Origin: an uncultured Sideroxydans sp.
GTDB lineage: Bacteria > Pseudomonadota > Gammaproteobacteria > Burkholderiales > Gallionellaceae
Length of the DNA stretch: 64,000 bases
Direction of reading: 5' to 3'
Assembly (NCBI GenBank): GCA_964425955.1
Contig: CAYROQ010000011.1
Span: forward strand, 1,917 to 65,916
Below the pieces are notes generated by a model that saw only the letters and a program-made list of their open reading frames with translations, had not been told where the DNA came from and ran no database searches. Every line of letters begins with the position of its first letter. Position 1 is the stretch's first letter. The translations under genes were made by a program, and so were the position numbers. This document shows positions 1-11,190 of the stretch, one piece after another.

Positions 1-511
1 CGTCACGCTGGTCTCCGGCCCTACTGCCCTGGATAAACCTCTTGTTGCACAAGTAATGGAGGTCACCAGTGCCGCCGAAATGTTCGATGCTGTTAAAAAG
101 AGGGTGGCTGAAAACGACATGTTCATCGGTGTTGCGGCGGTAGCGGATTATCGTGTGGCCAAACCGCACGTTAACAAGATCAAAAAAGACGATGCCCCGC
201 TCACGCTGGAACTGATCCCCAACCCGGATATCCTTGCTTATGTCGCCAGCCAGCCGAATCCGCCGTTCTGTGTAGGATTTGCCGCAGAGACTGATAATCT
301 GCGCGAGCACGCCCTCTCCAAACGTAAGAAGAAAAACATACAATTGCTCGCCGCCAATCTCGCACAGACTGCTATCGGCAGCGACGACAACGAATTGGTA
401 TTGTTTGACGAAGCAGGTGAGCACGTCTTGCCTCGTAGCGACAAACTGACTTCGGCGCGTGCACTGATCCAACATGCCGCAAGACTTTACAAGAAAGGTA
501 ATACAAGATGA
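1..511 (+). CDS. coaBC: CoaBC (Dfp) phosphopantothenoylcysteine decarboxylase / phosphopantothenate-cysteine ligase, 3' fragment (5' end outside window)
   Basis: The frame is open from the window edge to the stop at 509-511. The translation ([51 protein letters not shown]) matches the C-terminal CoaB half of Dfp. The stop overlaps the dut ATG (ATGA), which is the classical dfp-dut pair. Confidence 0.85.
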   Translation, partial: VTLVSGPTALDKPLVAQVMEVTSAAEMFDAVKKRVAENDMFIGVAAVADYRVAKPHVNKIKKDDAPLTLELIPNPDILAYVASQPNPPFCVGFAAETDNLREHALSKRKKKNIQLLAANLAQTAIGSDDNELVLFDEAGEHVLPRSDKLTSARALIQHAARLYKKGNTR

Positions 512-957
512 AAAAAGTGGATGTCAAGGTTCTCGACCCGAGACTGCATGATCAGCCACCGGCCTATTCGACACCCGGCTCTGCCGGCATCGACTTGCGT
601 GCCTGTATAGAAAGCAGCATGACTATACAACCCGGCCAATGCGAACTCATCCCCAGTGGCATTGCGTTGCATCTGAATGACCCGCACTATGCAGCGGTGA
701 TCTTGCCACGCTCCGGATTGGGACATAAACACGGCATCGTATTGGGAAATCTGGTGGGGCTGATCGATTCAGATTATCAGGGCCAGATTTTCATCTCTAT
801 CTGGAACCGCGGACATCACCCGTTCGCTCTGATGCCGATGGAGCGCGTCGCGCAATTGGTGATCATTCCGGTAGCGCAGGTGCAATTCAATCTCGTGGAA
901 GAATTCCCCGTTAGCCAACGCGGGAGCGGTGGATTTGGCAGCACCGGCAAACATTGA
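508..957 (+). CDS. dut: dUTP diphosphatase (dUTPase)
   Basis: 149 aa. The motifs [34 protein letters not shown] and [10 protein letters not shown] are typical of trimeric dUTPase. Confidence 0.95.
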   Translation: MKKVDVKVLDPRLHDQPPAYSTPGSAGIDLRACIESSMTIQPGQCELIPSGIALHLNDPHYAAVILPRSGLGHKHGIVLGNLVGLIDSDYQGQIFISIWNRGHHPFALMPMERVAQLVIIPVAQVQFNLVEEFPVSQRGSGGFGSTGKH

Positions 958-962
958 ATATT

Positions 963-1004
963 AAAAAAAATGGACAAGCCTGCGATGCGGACTTGTCCTT
1001 CTTA
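963..1004. terminator. Putative bidirectional rho-independent terminator between convergent genes
   Basis: A GGACAAG-N13-CTTGTCC hairpin (972-998) has an A8 run upstream and TTCTT downstream. It lies between dut (+) and the 1023..1979 gene (-). Confidence 0.55.
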
Positions 1005-1022
1005 ACGACCCCTGGTACCGGA

Positions 1023-1979
1023 TCAGTTTTTTAACTTCAGCTCCAACTCCGTATCATCGCCCTTGCGCACCGACACCTTTTCGGTGGCTACCTGATACCC
1101 CTCCAACTGGACATTTACTTCCCGCACACCTGCCCCGATCTCTGCATGCAACGGGGTCAATCCGTAGTACACCCCATCCACATAGACCTTGGCTCGAGAA
1201 GGGATGGAGCTGACAGAGAGCGTGCCGTTGCCTGCAACCGGTTCCGAAGCAGCAGATGCCGGAATTGCTGAAGATGCGGCACCAGGCATTGCATTGGAAT
1301 ACACGGTGACGCCATGCACCGGCTTGACACCCACTTCCAGGTTGAACAACTCGGGACGTGATGACATCAACACCGAAAGAATCGATTCGCTGGTCTTGGT
1401 TGTCGCGATGCCCAATTCCTTCCGCAAATAGTCGGCGACATCTTTTTTGCTGTTGCCGGAAACTCCTGCATAACGCTCGGATCTTTCCACCACCACACCC
1501 GACCAGATCACCTTGCCACTGGCGATTTCGGTCAGCGTCGATTCGATCGCAATATTGACGAAATCGCGATCTTTCACATCAATGCTCATTTCTTTGACTG
1601 AACCGGTCAATTGGAACTGAGCTGCCGGAGTATCCCCTGAAACCACCTCGATACCTGACTCGGCCAGCCGTTTCTTCAAAGACTCGACCACCAGTTCGGT
1701 CGCGTCACGGTCTGACCATATCGTTTTCCCGGTGAGGCCCAATATTCTGCTGGACGATGAACCCAAAAACCGCGGACCGTCAGACTGACGCGCATCCGAA
1801 TAGCCATTCAACCGAATGGTGAACGGGTATTTTTCTTTTTTTGCGTTGGCGCTTGGCTTGCTGTCTTCACGTATTCGGATCAAATTTCCCGACTCGGTTA
1901 TCGAGCCGAACATATTTGTGCAGCCTGTGACGGCTAGCGTGAACAGGCAACACACGGCAAGCAAGCGGAATTTCATCAT
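1023..1979 (-). CDS. Lipoprotein with C-terminal PEGA domain
   Basis: 318 aa. It has a signal peptide with the lipobox LAVTG-C. The C-terminus (SVSSIPSRAKVYVDGVYYGLTPL...VQLEGYQ) fits the PEGA domain pattern. I did not recognise the family of the N-terminal globular part. Confidence 0.7.
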   Translation of the reverse strand: MMKFRLLAVCCLFTLAVTGCTNMFGSITESGNLIRIREDSKPSANAKKEKYPFTIRLNGYSDARQSDGPRFLGSSSSRILGLTGKTIWSDRDATELVVESLKKRLAESGIEVVSGDTPAAQFQLTGSVKEMSIDVKDRDFVNIAIESTLTEIASGKVIWSGVVVERSERYAGVSGNSKKDVADYLRKELGIATTKTSESILSVLMSSRPELFNLEVGVKPVHGVTVYSNAMPGAASSAIPASAASEPVAGNGTLSVSSIPSRAKVYVDGVYYGLTPLHAEIGAGVREVNVQLEGYQVATEKVSVRKGDDTELELKLKN

Positions 1980-2054
1980 CGCAACCTCACTGTACTTACA
2001 GACGGAAGCGTAGTGACCGACGACGCGGTTTCGCAGCGCAACATTAATGGCAGA

Positions 2055-2651
2055 TCAACCGTGAGCGATGACAGATTCAATCTCGGAGAACGTGCGTGCC
2101 AGCTCGAAACTTTGCACCGGTGCCCCGAGTTGGCGGGCAATCTGGGTGATGGAAAACAGACCGCAAACCGACTGATGACCGTCTGGCGCTTCGGACGCTA
2201 CCAAGGTATGTTGCCGATTGGCTTTTTTCAGACTGGCCACGACATCCCCGACCCTTGCGTTCTTCACGTCCTGAATACTCAGCACTTCCAATTCGCGCTG
2301 GGTAGACATAATGTCGCGCACCATGATGTCCGCATGCGTTCCACCCATGTTCTGCAGAAAGTGCATGGGCTTCTCGCCCAGCACGTCGGTTGCCGTGATC
2401 AGCCCCGCGATTTGCTCGTTGTCATCCAACACCAGCAACATACGCACGCCATATTTGATCATCTTGGCATTGGCCTTATCCATTGACGTTCTGGCACGCA
2501 CACTGACCACAGAAATCTTGGTCAGATCGGTCATGACGTCTGTGGCAGGATTGCTCAACTTGACCCGCTCGGGCAGCGACTGAGTGGGGCGCAAGAACGA
2601 AGATCCTGTCTTCAACGGATTTGATTTCAATGCATTGTATTGCGTGGTCAT
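2055..2651 (-). CDS. CBS domain-pair protein
   Basis: 198 aa with two CBS-like repeats (VMTDL..VSVRARTSMDKANAKMIKYGVRMLLVLD and VRDIMST..VGDVVASLKKANRQHTLV). A GGAGGA Shine-Dalgarno sits upstream of the ATG at 2651. Confidence 0.75.
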   Translation of the reverse strand: MTTQYNALKSNPLKTGSSFLRPTQSLPERVKLSNPATDVMTDLTKISVVSVRARTSMDKANAKMIKYGVRMLLVLDDNEQIAGLITATDVLGEKPMHFLQNMGGTHADIMVRDIMSTQRELEVLSIQDVKNARVGDVVASLKKANRQHTLVASEAPDGHQSVCGLFSITQIARQLGAPVQSFELARTFSEIESVIAHG

Positions 2652-2683
2652 GTTTCCTCCTGTGGTAAATCTATAACTGTTAT

Positions 2684-3199
2684 TCAGCGTGGAATTTGCT
2701 GCTGTATCTGGGCGGGCTGAACCTTGGACGCCGGAAGAAAGCGCACCAGTTCGTTCAGTGCCAAGCGGTATACCTCGCGCTTGAATTCAATCACGTTGTC
2801 CAATTCGATCCAGTACTCATGCCAACGCCAGGCATCAAACTCCGGATGGTCGGACGCGCGCAACGAAACATCGCAATCACGTCCGACCAGCCGAAGCAAG
2901 AACCAAATCTGTTTTTGGCCTTTGTAATGCGAACGAGACTCTTTTTTTCCCCAATTCTGCGGCACATCGTAACGCATCCAATCGCGGGTTCGTCCCAGAA
3001 TCTGGACGTGGCAACTTAGCAGACCGACCTCCTCATGCAGTTCACGATACATCGCTTGCTCCGGCGTTTCGCCGTGCTGTATGCCGCCCTGCGGGAATTG
3101 CCAAGCGTCTTGCTTGATGCGCTTACCCCAAAATACCTGATTTTTTGCGTTAGTCAGAATGATGCCGACATTCGGGCGATAACCTTCACGGTCTATCAT
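2684..3199 (-). CDS. rppH: RNA pyrophosphohydrolase RppH (Nudix)
   Basis: I trimmed the start to the ATG at 3199 ([15 protein letters not shown], as in enterobacterial RppH). The Nudix box is [23 protein letters not shown]. Confidence 0.9.
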   Translation of the reverse strand: MIDREGYRPNVGIILTNAKNQVFWGKRIKQDAWQFPQGGIQHGETPEQAMYRELHEEVGLLSCHVQILGRTRDWMRYDVPQNWGKKESRSHYKGQKQIWFLLRLVGRDCDVSLRASDHPEFDAWRWHEYWIELDNVIEFKREVYRLALNELVRFLPASKVQPAQIQQQIPR

Positions 3200-3319
3200 A
3201 TTCGCCCCACTCTGTTTTTCAATTGGGCGGATTGTTCCACAATTCGGCCACACTGGAAAGACGAAAACTGCTCCTTAAAGTAGAATCGCGCCCTCCAACC
3301 AGCACGACGAGTAGCGAAT

Positions 3320-5029
3320 ATGCGCGTTTCACAATTTTTCATCTCCACAATCAAAGAAGCCCCTTCCGAAGCCGAGCTGCCCAGTCATCGCCTGATGTTA
3401 CGTGCGGGATATATACGCAAACTTGCCAGCGGACTCTATACCTGGATGCCTCTGGGCCTGCGCGTCCTGCGCAAGGTGGAGGCAGTGGTACGCGAAGAGA
3501 TGAACAGGAGCGGCGGCATCGAATTATTGATGCCGGCTGTTCAACCGGCTGAATTATGGCAAGAGACCGGACGCTGGGACGTGTTCGGCCCGCAGATGCT
3601 CAAGATCCATGACCGCCACAATAATCTGTTCTGTTTCGGCCCCACGCACGAAGAAGTCATCACCGACATCGCCCGGCGTGAAATCAAGAGTTATCGCCAA
3701 TTACCGCTGAACTTCTATCAGATCCAAACCAAATTTCGCGATGAAGTGCGCCCGCGTTTCGGCGTGATGCGCGCCCGTGAATTCCTGATGAAAGATGCCT
3801 ACTCGTTCCATAGCAGCTTCGACAGTCTGGAACAGACTTACCGCGTGATGTACCAGACCTACACCCGCATCTTCACGCGTTTGGGATTACAGTTCCGCGC
3901 TGTATCGGCGGACACCGGCGCCATCGGCGGCAGTGGTTCACACGAGTTCCACGTGCTGGCGGATTCCGGGGAGGACGCATTGGCCTACTGCCCCACTTCT
4001 GACTACGCTGCGAATGTTGAATTGGCTGAAGCGCTTGCGCCTGCGTCACCACGGCAGCCACCCGCCGAAGCAATGCGCAACGTGGATACACCCAAGCAAA
4101 CCACGTGTGAGGATGTCGCAGCATTGCTGGGCATCTCCCTGCAACGCACCGTCAAACTGATTGCGCTGATGGCGGCAGACAAACTGCACATTTTGTTGCT
4201 ACGCGGCGACCACTCGCTGAACGAAGTCAAAGTCAGTAAATTGCCGGGTTTGACTGATTTTCGGTTTGCCCGCGAGGATGAGATTCGCGCATTCTTCAAT
4301 TGCCCACCCGGCTTCCTGGGGCCGGTCGGCATCGACCGTAGCTGCGTGAGCGTTATAGCCGACCGCACTGTGGCAGCCATGAGCGATTTTGTGGTCGGTA
4401 CGAATCTGCCAAAGTTCCACACCGCCGGTGTGAACTGGGTGCGCGATTTGCCTGAACCCGATCTGGTCGCCGATATCCGCAACGTGGTAACGGGTGACGC
4501 GGCGCCGCTTGGCCAAGGCACTTTGGAAATCTGCCGGGGCATCGAAGTCGGTCACATCTTCCAATTGCGCACCAAATATTCCGAAGCGCTGCAGGCCACG
4601 TATCTGGATGAGACCGGCAAAGCCCAAGTAATGGAGATGGGTTGTTATGGCATCGGCGTTTCGCGCATCGTGGCAGCCGCGATCGAACAGAATTTCGACG
4701 AACGCGGTATTACATTGCCCGCCGCAATGGCACCCTTCCAGGTCGCCATTGCGCCTATCGGCATCAAGAAAAGCGAGGCGGTACGCAACGCGGCGGAACA
4801 GCTCTATTCCGAGCTTACCGCCGCCGGTATCGAAGTATTGCTGGACGACCGTGACGAACGTCCCGGGGTGATGTTCGCCGACCTGGAACTGATTGGCATA
4901 CCGCACCGAATCGTCATCGGGGACCGCGGACTCAAAGAAGGCACGGCGGAATATCAGGGCAGGTGCGACACCACAGCTCAAACCGTAGCCTTGCAAGATG
5001 TCGCCAAGCTCGTACAATCCAAACTATGA
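3320..5029 (+). CDS. proS: Prolyl-tRNA synthetase (bacterial type with editing insertion)
   Basis: 569 aa. Class II motifs are present ([38 protein letters not shown]), with a central INS-like insertion and a C-terminal anticodon-binding domain. Confidence 0.95.
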   Translation: MRVSQFFISTIKEAPSEAELPSHRLMLRAGYIRKLASGLYTWMPLGLRVLRKVEAVVREEMNRSGGIELLMPAVQPAELWQETGRWDVFGPQMLKIHDRHNNLFCFGPTHEEVITDIARREIKSYRQLPLNFYQIQTKFRDEVRPRFGVMRAREFLMKDAYSFHSSFDSLEQTYRVMYQTYTRIFTRLGLQFRAVSADTGAIGGSGSHEFHVLADSGEDALAYCPTSDYAANVELAEALAPASPRQPPAEAMRNVDTPKQTTCEDVAALLGISLQRTVKLIALMAADKLHILLLRGDHSLNEVKVSKLPGLTDFRFAREDEIRAFFNCPPGFLGPVGIDRSCVSVIADRTVAAMSDFVVGTNLPKFHTAGVNWVRDLPEPDLVADIRNVVTGDAAPLGQGTLEICRGIEVGHIFQLRTKYSEALQATYLDETGKAQVMEMGCYGIGVSRIVAAAIEQNFDERGITLPAAMAPFQVAIAPIGIKKSEAVRNAAEQLYSELTAAGIEVLLDDRDERPGVMFADLELIGIPHRIVIGDRGLKEGTAEYQGRCDTTAQTVALQDVAKLVQSKL

Positions 5030-5700
5030 AATCAGATCGAACAGGATGCGGTGTTCGGGATTCAGGATTCGAGAAGTTACACTCGATCTTGAATCCGCGA
5101 TTCTTGTTACTTGCCTCGGGTTTGTTTTGCTCGACCTGCGCATTTTCCGGTACACAACGTGAAGAAGCTTTATCCGCCAGCGTTCGCTCGATGATGCAAC
5201 ACGCCGTATCCGATCAAGCCGCTCCAAAATTGGCATTCTCTTCGCAACAGGAGGCACAGGCTTGGTTGGATGAGATGTCGCAGCGCCTGTCAAAAAAGAT
5301 ACCTGACGCTGAATACCGATTCGATCTGTTAAGCACGGTGCATTACGAGGCGACGCGGGCGGGGTTGGACCCGCACTTGGTATTGGGATTGATCGAGGTG
5401 GAGAGCGGCTTCCGAAAATACGCAATCTCCAAATCCGGCGCGCGCGGTTACATGCAGGTAATGCCGTTCTGGACCAAGGCGATTGGCGCACACGAGCATA
5501 ATTTGTTCCACCTGCGCACCAATCTACGCTACGGTTGCACCATCCTGCGCCACTACCTGGATATTGAAAAAGGTGATTTATACCGCGCCCTTGGGCGTTA
5601 CAACGGTAGCCTGGGAAAACCTGAATACCCCAATCTGGTCAAAACCGCCTGGAACAAACACTGGACACCCACGCCAAGTCGGCTCGCCCGCAATGGCTGA
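5026..5700 (+). CDS. Lytic transglycosylase (SLT domain) protein
   Basis: I placed the start at ATG 5026, which overlaps the proS stop. The N-terminus is hydrophobic. The catalytic motif [26 protein letters not shown] belongs to family-1 lytic transglycosylases. Confidence 0.8.
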   Translation: MKSDRTGCGVRDSGFEKLHSILNPRFLLLASGLFCSTCAFSGTQREEALSASVRSMMQHAVSDQAAPKLAFSSQQEAQAWLDEMSQRLSKKIPDAEYRFDLLSTVHYEATRAGLDPHLVLGLIEVESGFRKYAISKSGARGYMQVMPFWTKAIGAHEHNLFHLRTNLRYGCTILRHYLDIEKGDLYRALGRYNGSLGKPEYPNLVKTAWNKHWTPTPSRLARNG

Positions 5701-5703
5701 TCT

Positions 5704-6165
5704 TCATTTATTGTTCTTCATGTACGACTCGACGCTGCTGCGCGTTACCATGCCCTGCTGATAACTGACCAACTCGCCCTGCGGGTTGTACATGTAAGTC
5801 GTCGGCAACACTTCCACCTCGCCAACTTGTGCTGCAAGTTCGTAATCTCCCAGCACGATCGGATAACTCACGTGGCGTTTGGCAACGAACTCTCTGACCG
5901 ACTTTTCGGATGAATCCAGCGCCACGCCGATTACCACCAAATCCGTCTTCTGGTGTGCTTCGTGCAATGCCACCAAGTCGGGTACTTCTTCCAGACAGGG
6001 CGGGCACCAAGTCGCCCAGAAATTCACCAGCACCCACTTGCCCCGGTAATCCTGCAAACGCTGTTGCTTGCCCTGCATGTCCTTGAACACAAAGGGCTGC
6101 GCGGTTGCGGCCAGTGCCAAGCTAAATAGCGTGACCGCAACCAATATTCTCACTCGGGATGACAT
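5704..6165 (-). CDS. Periplasmic thiol:disulfide oxidoreductase (TlpA/ResA/DsbE-like thioredoxin fold)
   Basis: The protein has a signal peptide and the active site VNFWATWCPPCLEEVP. The ATG at 6165 overlaps the upstream stop (ATGA). The ORF-track start at 6168 is a TTG. Confidence 0.85.
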   Translation of the reverse strand: MSSRVRILVAVTLFSLALAATAQPFVFKDMQGKQQRLQDYRGKWVLVNFWATWCPPCLEEVPDLVALHEAHQKTDLVVIGVALDSSEKSVREFVAKRHVSYPIVLGDYELAAQVGEVEVLPTTYMYNPQGELVSYQQGMVTRSSVESYMKNNK

Positions 6166-6749
6166 CAATGTCCTGATTTAGGATCTTCGGTCGTGTTATC
6201 CGCTTCATCAGCCTTGCCCGATCCGTGACCATCAGCCGCATGTGTCCAATACAGCGCCAAAGCAATCAACGCAATGGCCGCACCGAAATACACCAGGTCG
6301 ATTGGAGCCGCGATATGAATGTTCAGCGCCTCTTCAAACAGGGTCACGATCATGATCATCAGGATCACTTTCGCCAGCCGCGATTTCAGATCATCCAGAT
6401 TGCTGATCACCAGAATCTTGCTCGACGCTTTGCTGCCATGTGCCTGATCGATGTCGCTGATGAACAACTCGTACAAACCCAGCGAGAATATCAACATTAC
6501 GGTGGCCAACAGATAACCATCCACCACTTCGACGATGTGCGAGACCGTGCTGTCGTGCAAGGTTTTGCGCGCCTCTTCGGTCATTGAGGCATCGGCATAA
6601 TGCAGTGCGTGTTGAAACAAAAAGACCACGTCCACCGTCGCCATGTAGAAAATCGCGAAGCCTGCCAACAGACTTCCGACGACTGCGGTCAAAATCACAA
6701 ACCGGCTATTCCACAGTGCGCCTTCAAACAACGTTTCAAAAAACTTCAT
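6165..6749 (-). CDS. YqhA/UPF0114-like inner-membrane protein
   Basis: 194 aa with about 4 hydrophobic helices. The N-terminus MKFFETLFEGALWNSRFVIL resembles the YqhA family. An AGGAGA Shine-Dalgarno lies upstream. Confidence 0.6.
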   Translation of the reverse strand: MKFFETLFEGALWNSRFVILTAVVGSLLAGFAIFYMATVDVVFLFQHALHYADASMTEEARKTLHDSTVSHIVEVVDGYLLATVMLIFSLGLYELFISDIDQAHGSKASSKILVISNLDDLKSRLAKVILMIMIVTLFEEALNIHIAAPIDLVYFGAAIALIALALYWTHAADGHGSGKADEADNTTEDPKSGH

Positions 6750-6843
6750 TTATTTCTCCTGAAAAATCAATCCAAACATTCAAAGCAAAAATTAGGCGTC
6801 GCGCATTAAAGCTGAAAAGTGAAAACTCGGCAACTCTACACAA

Positions 6844-8054
6844 CTACTTTGCCCATATATCTTGCAGGGTCAAGCCGTTGGGCTCGGACAGTTGCTTTGC
6901 AATTCTGCCGAACCAAGTCTGGATATCCGCATCGTCGGTTTGCTTTGGCAGCAAACTCACATCGAGTAGAAACAGTCGTGTCAATTCGGACAATTGAATA
7001 TGTTCCGGACTTCGCACCATCCCCCATCCATGTCCGGAAAGTTTGCCCACCATCTTTGCACCGGCCAGCTTGTTCAGGATCGCTTCGACATCTTCGTACC
7101 CGATACGCAATTGTTTGGAGAGGCCGGGCAACTCCTGCACCTCACCATTTTGCATACCTTTGTGCATCAATTTAAGGATGCTCAGAGCGAAGTAGAGTCG
7201 TGCCGCCTGGTCAAGTTTCAAGGCGTGGGTGCTTCTCCAGTGCGACAGAGCCGCAGTGATGATCGCCCCAAACAAAAGCGTAAGCCACGACAGATAGATC
7301 CAAAGCAAAAAGATCGGCACGCTGGCAAAAGCGCCATACACCAGCTTGTAAGTAGGGAAGTGCGAAATGTAGAAAGCGAATGCGCGATTCATCGACTCGA
7401 ACGTGATTGATGCGATGACTCCCCCGATAACTGCATGGCGCAACGGAACGTAACGGTTTGGCACGACACGAAACAACAGCGTAAACGCGGCAGTAGTAAG
7501 CAGGACGGGTAGAAACTTCAGCATACTCACCCCGACTGCCGACATCTCTTTGGCATAACCGACCGACAAACCCACCAGCCATGATGTCAACGAAAGACTC
7601 CCGCCCACCAACAAAGGCGCCAGGGTGATTACTGCCCAATACACCAGAACACGCTGCAACATATTGCGCTGGCGGGTCACGCGGAAGATGCGGTGGAAGG
7701 CATTGTCAATCGTCAGCATCATCCACATCGCCGCGACTGCCAGGAACACGATACCCACTGCTTTGAGGCGGGAAGCACTTTCCGCAAATTGCTCCATGTA
7801 GCGGGAGATCATCTTGCCGCCAGTCTCCGGCAACATGTTCGACAAAACGAAGCTCTTGAGATTGGTCGACAGATCCGCGAAGACCGGAAATGCCGAGAAA
7901 ACGGTTAGCATGATGGTGATGAGAGGTACCAGCGACAGCAATGTGGTGAAAGTGAGGCTGGCCGCCATCTCGGCGCATCGATCCTGTTGCAGTCTCACGC
8001 CAACAAGACGCAAAAAACGGAAAGCGTCGTGCACACCCAGATTTGGAAGTTTCA
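6844..8054 (-). CDS. YihY/BrkB-family inner-membrane protein with C-terminal cytoplasmic extension
   Basis: The signature AASLTFTTLLSLVPLITIML is followed by multiple TM helices. The ATG at 8054 (MKLPN...) is preferred over the TTG at 8067. Confidence 0.8.
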
Positions 8055-8084
8055 TATTTTTGTACAACTACATAGAATGGCGGC

Positions 8085-8750
8085 ATGATAACCGACAAGA
8101 CTGAACCTCTAAACAACGCCCGTATCGCGCGTCAATTATTACGCGCCCACCGCTACGGCGCTCTCGGCACCTTGTCCAAAAAATTTGACGGCCATCCGTT
8201 CGGATCCATCACGCCTTACCTGGTGAATCAGGATGGCAGCCTGATGATACTGATCAGTGCCCTGGCCGAACATACCAAGAATATCCGGCATGACCCGAGA
8301 GTCAGTCTTATCACTCACAATCAGGACGATCCGCATATCCAAACCCAGGGGCGCATCACGCTGGTGGGTAACGCCAGTTTGTTCGCGGATCGTGAGCAAG
8401 CGGGCAAGCGTTATTTGCGCTATTTCCCCGAGGCGCAGACCTATTTCGACATGCCCGATTTCACCTTTTTTCGCATTGAACCGCTGGCGTTACGCTACAT
8501 CGGCGGCTTCGGAGACATCCATTGGGTGAAGGCAAACAACTATCTCGTTTCTGCCTACCCGCTCATCACGGAAGAGGATGTCTTGCTGGACCAGCTCAAC
8601 ACCTCCCGTTCAGCGGCGCAAGGCAAATTGATCGGCATTGATTGTGATGGTTATGATCTGCGTATCGAAGAACGTAATGTCCGCCATAATTTTTCGACAC
8701 CTGTGCTTGACGCTGTGCAGGTTATGCGGCAATTTCAGGAGCAGCCATAA
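8085..8750 (+). CDS. PNPOx-like split-barrel / DUF2470 protein (HugZ/HutZ-type, function unassigned)
   Basis: 221 aa. GALGTLSKKFDGHPFGSITPY, RVSL and GRITLVG fit the FMN-binding split-barrel fold. The C-terminal part resembles DUF2470 as found in haem-utilisation-type proteins. Confidence 0.65.
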   Translation: MITDKTEPLNNARIARQLLRAHRYGALGTLSKKFDGHPFGSITPYLVNQDGSLMILISALAEHTKNIRHDPRVSLITHNQDDPHIQTQGRITLVGNASLFADREQAGKRYLRYFPEAQTYFDMPDFTFFRIEPLALRYIGGFGDIHWVKANNYLVSAYPLITEEDVLLDQLNTSRSAAQGKLIGIDCDGYDLRIEERNVRHNFSTPVLDAVQVMRQFQEQP

Positions 8751-8773
8751 AAAGGGCATCGCGAACGATGCCC
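8748..8773 (-). terminator. Putative rho-independent terminator of the leuA transcription unit
   Basis: A GGGCATCG-N4-CGATGCCC hairpin (8754-8773) is followed on the minus strand by a T5 run (8749-8753). Confidence 0.55.
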
Positions 8774-8797
8774 AATCAAGCCCGGCCGGGAGTTTGC

Positions 8798-9115
8798 CTA
8801 TCCGCGCACGCCTTTCAATTGAACTGACCTGTCCGGCTCCTCATGCGGTTTCACCAGTACGTCATCCCCCTTATCCGTAACTGAAGAGGAAGTGTTCAAC
8901 GCATCGCTTTCATCGGTTCTTTTTGTTGGGGCGCCCTCTCTGATTGCCAGGGGAAGCATGTTATCCATGTTGACAGACGGTGACGTTTGCACCGCCATGG
9001 ACTTTGCTTTCCCCTTGCGACGCTGGGTATCTTGAGTCGAATTCGGCTCCACCGCATGCACCACACCCGGGAGCACCGCCCCCAAGAGCACCACTCTTGC
9101 GACTCGTCTTCTCAT
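8798..9115 (-). CDS. Hypothetical secreted protein
   Basis: About 105 aa with a signal peptide (RRRVARVVLLGAVLPGVVHA). The remainder is low-complexity and polar, and I recognised no family. It lies 22 nt downstream of leuA. Confidence 0.45.
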   Translation of the reverse strand: MRRRVARVVLLGAVLPGVVHAVEPNSTQDTQRRKGKAKSMAVQTSPSVNMDNMLPLAIREGAPTKRTDESDALNTSSSVTDKGDDVLVKPHEEPDRSVQLKGVRG

Positions 9116-9139
9116 CACGATCCCCTTCAGTTGGGGGCG

Positions 9140-10675
9140 TCACACTTGCGGGTGCGCCCGATCGGCTCCGGTATCCAGTTTGTTCAACGCATTCAAATAA
9201 GCTTTGGCGGATGCCACCACGATATCGGTGTCCGCCCCCTGCCCATTCACCACGCGACCACCTATCGCCAAACGCACCGTAACTTCACCCTGTGCATCCG
9301 TGCCACTGGTGATGTTGTTCACCGAATACAGCAACAACTCGGTGCCGCTGTGCACGATCTGTTCGATGGCCTGGAACGTCGCATCCACCGGACCACCGCG
9401 TTGCGCTTCGGCTTGATGTTCTTTGCCACCCACACTCAGCGTGACTTGAGCCTTGGGCAAAATTCCCGTTTCGGAATGGGCGCGCATGGAGACTAAACGG
9501 AAATGTTCGCTCACATGCGTCACCCCTTCGTTGCTCACCAATGCCTGAATATCCTCGTCAAAGATTTCGCTTTTGCGGTCGGCCAGTTCCTTGAATCGCG
9601 CAAACGCGGCATTTAACGCGTCTTCATTCTCCAGCACAATACCCAATTCCTGCAACCGGGTACGGAAGGCGTTGCGCCCGGATAATTTGCCCAATGACAA
9701 TTTGTTCGCGCCCCAACCCACATCCTCGGCACGCATGATCTCGTAAGTCTCGCGATGCTTCAACACACCGTCCTGATGGATTCCCGATTCGTGTGCGAAA
9801 GCGTTGGCACCAACAATGGCCTTGTTCGGCTGCACCGGATAACCGGTGATACTGGACACCAGTTTCGAGGTCGGCACGATCTGTGTGGTATCGATGGTCG
9901 TATCGCAGGTAAAGATGTCACGCCGCGTCTTCACCGCCATCACGATCTCTTCCAGCGCGGCATTGCCCGCGCGCTCGCCCAAACCGTTGATGGTGCATTC
10001 CACCTGGCGGGCGCCATTCATCACTGCGGCCAGGGAATTGGCGGAGGCCATACCCAAATCATTGTGGCAATGTGTGGACCAGATCACTTTGTCACTGTTG
10101 GGTACACGCGCGATCAACTGTTTGAACCGATCACCCCACAACACCGGGATGCTGTAACCCACGGTGTCCGGAACATTCAAGGTCTTGGCACCCGCCTTGA
10201 TGACCTCGTCGAATATACGCACCAGAAAGTCGATTTCCGAGCGCACCGCATCTTCAGCTGAAAACTCGACATCATCGGTATATTCACGCGCCAGTTTCAC
10301 CGCCGCGACGGCGCGCTCCACGACCTCATCCGGAGACATACGCAACTTCTTCTCCATATGGATGGGCGAAGTGGCGATGAAAGTGTGGATGCGTCCGCGT
10401 TTGGCCGGTTTGATCGCCTCGCCCGCTGCGCGGACATCTTTTTCACTCGCACGCGCCAAAGAACAAACCGTTGAACGCTCGATCACTTTGGCGATGCTAT
10501 GAATCGCATCGGCATCGCCGGGGCTGGCAGCAGCAAAGCCCGCCTCGATTACATCCACGCCCAGCTTTTCCAACTGGCGCGCGATGCGCAATTTCTCTTC
10601 TTTAGTCATGGATGCGCCGGGACTCTGCTCGCCGTCGCGCAAGGTTGTGTCGAATATGATTAATTTGTCAGTCAT
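9140..10675 (-). CDS. leuA: 2-isopropylmalate synthase
   Basis: 511 aa. [20 protein letters not shown] and HCHNDLGMA are present, together with a C-terminal LeuA regulatory/dimerisation domain. Confidence 0.95.
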   Translation of the reverse strand: MTDKLIIFDTTLRDGEQSPGASMTKEEKLRIARQLEKLGVDVIEAGFAAASPGDADAIHSIAKVIERSTVCSLARASEKDVRAAGEAIKPAKRGRIHTFIATSPIHMEKKLRMSPDEVVERAVAAVKLAREYTDDVEFSAEDAVRSEIDFLVRIFDEVIKAGAKTLNVPDTVGYSIPVLWGDRFKQLIARVPNSDKVIWSTHCHNDLGMASANSLAAVMNGARQVECTINGLGERAGNAALEEIVMAVKTRRDIFTCDTTIDTTQIVPTSKLVSSITGYPVQPNKAIVGANAFAHESGIHQDGVLKHRETYEIMRAEDVGWGANKLSLGKLSGRNAFRTRLQELGIVLENEDALNAAFARFKELADRKSEIFDEDIQALVSNEGVTHVSEHFRLVSMRAHSETGILPKAQVTLSVGGKEHQAEAQRGGPVDATFQAIEQIVHSGTELLLYSVNNITSGTDAQGEVTVRLAIGGRVVNGQGADTDIVVASAKAYLNALNKLDTGADRAHPQV

Positions 10676-11190
10676 GATTTACTCCATCGCAATTGTTTAT
10701 CCACGGCTCACACCAAACGAGCCGCCTGATTTGAAAACTTGGGGGTGGGTTTAGTTTGCGCGCGAGCGCAGTTCCGACACGTTACCGACGAAGTCGGCAG
10801 CTTGCGGGAGGAACTGCGATGCGCCCGCTCCCGCACCGGAGGGCTCCGCCCCACCGTGTCGCGGGCGCAGCTTCAGCGCCGCCAGCAGGCTGGAAGTGGA
10901 TTGCGATTGCGAGATGTGTCTTGAGAAGTGCATGGTCGCGAATATAGCTACTTTTATTTATGGGTGCAACAAATGCGCAAGTTCTGCCCTGGAAAACAAT
11001 TCACCCTGCTAGCCACAAGCCCACAAAGGCGGGATTCTTCAAGCATCACACCACTCGACTCTGCCGATACTTCTGCACCAACCCCACCCGATTCAGACAT
11101 TCTGCGGTATCGGGTGCTGATGTTTATCACATCATCAAGATCTCTTGCACCAATCTCACCTGGCCTGCGCTGAATGAGTACAGGGCGCCT

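Noticed and set aside
10751-10933. A 60-aa minus-strand ORF upstream of leuA, considered as a possible leucine leader peptide or small protein.
   Set aside because: It has no Shine-Dalgarno sequence and no run of Leu codons. Its composition looks like translated GC-rich non-coding DNA, and the overlapping plus-strand ORFs are of equal length.
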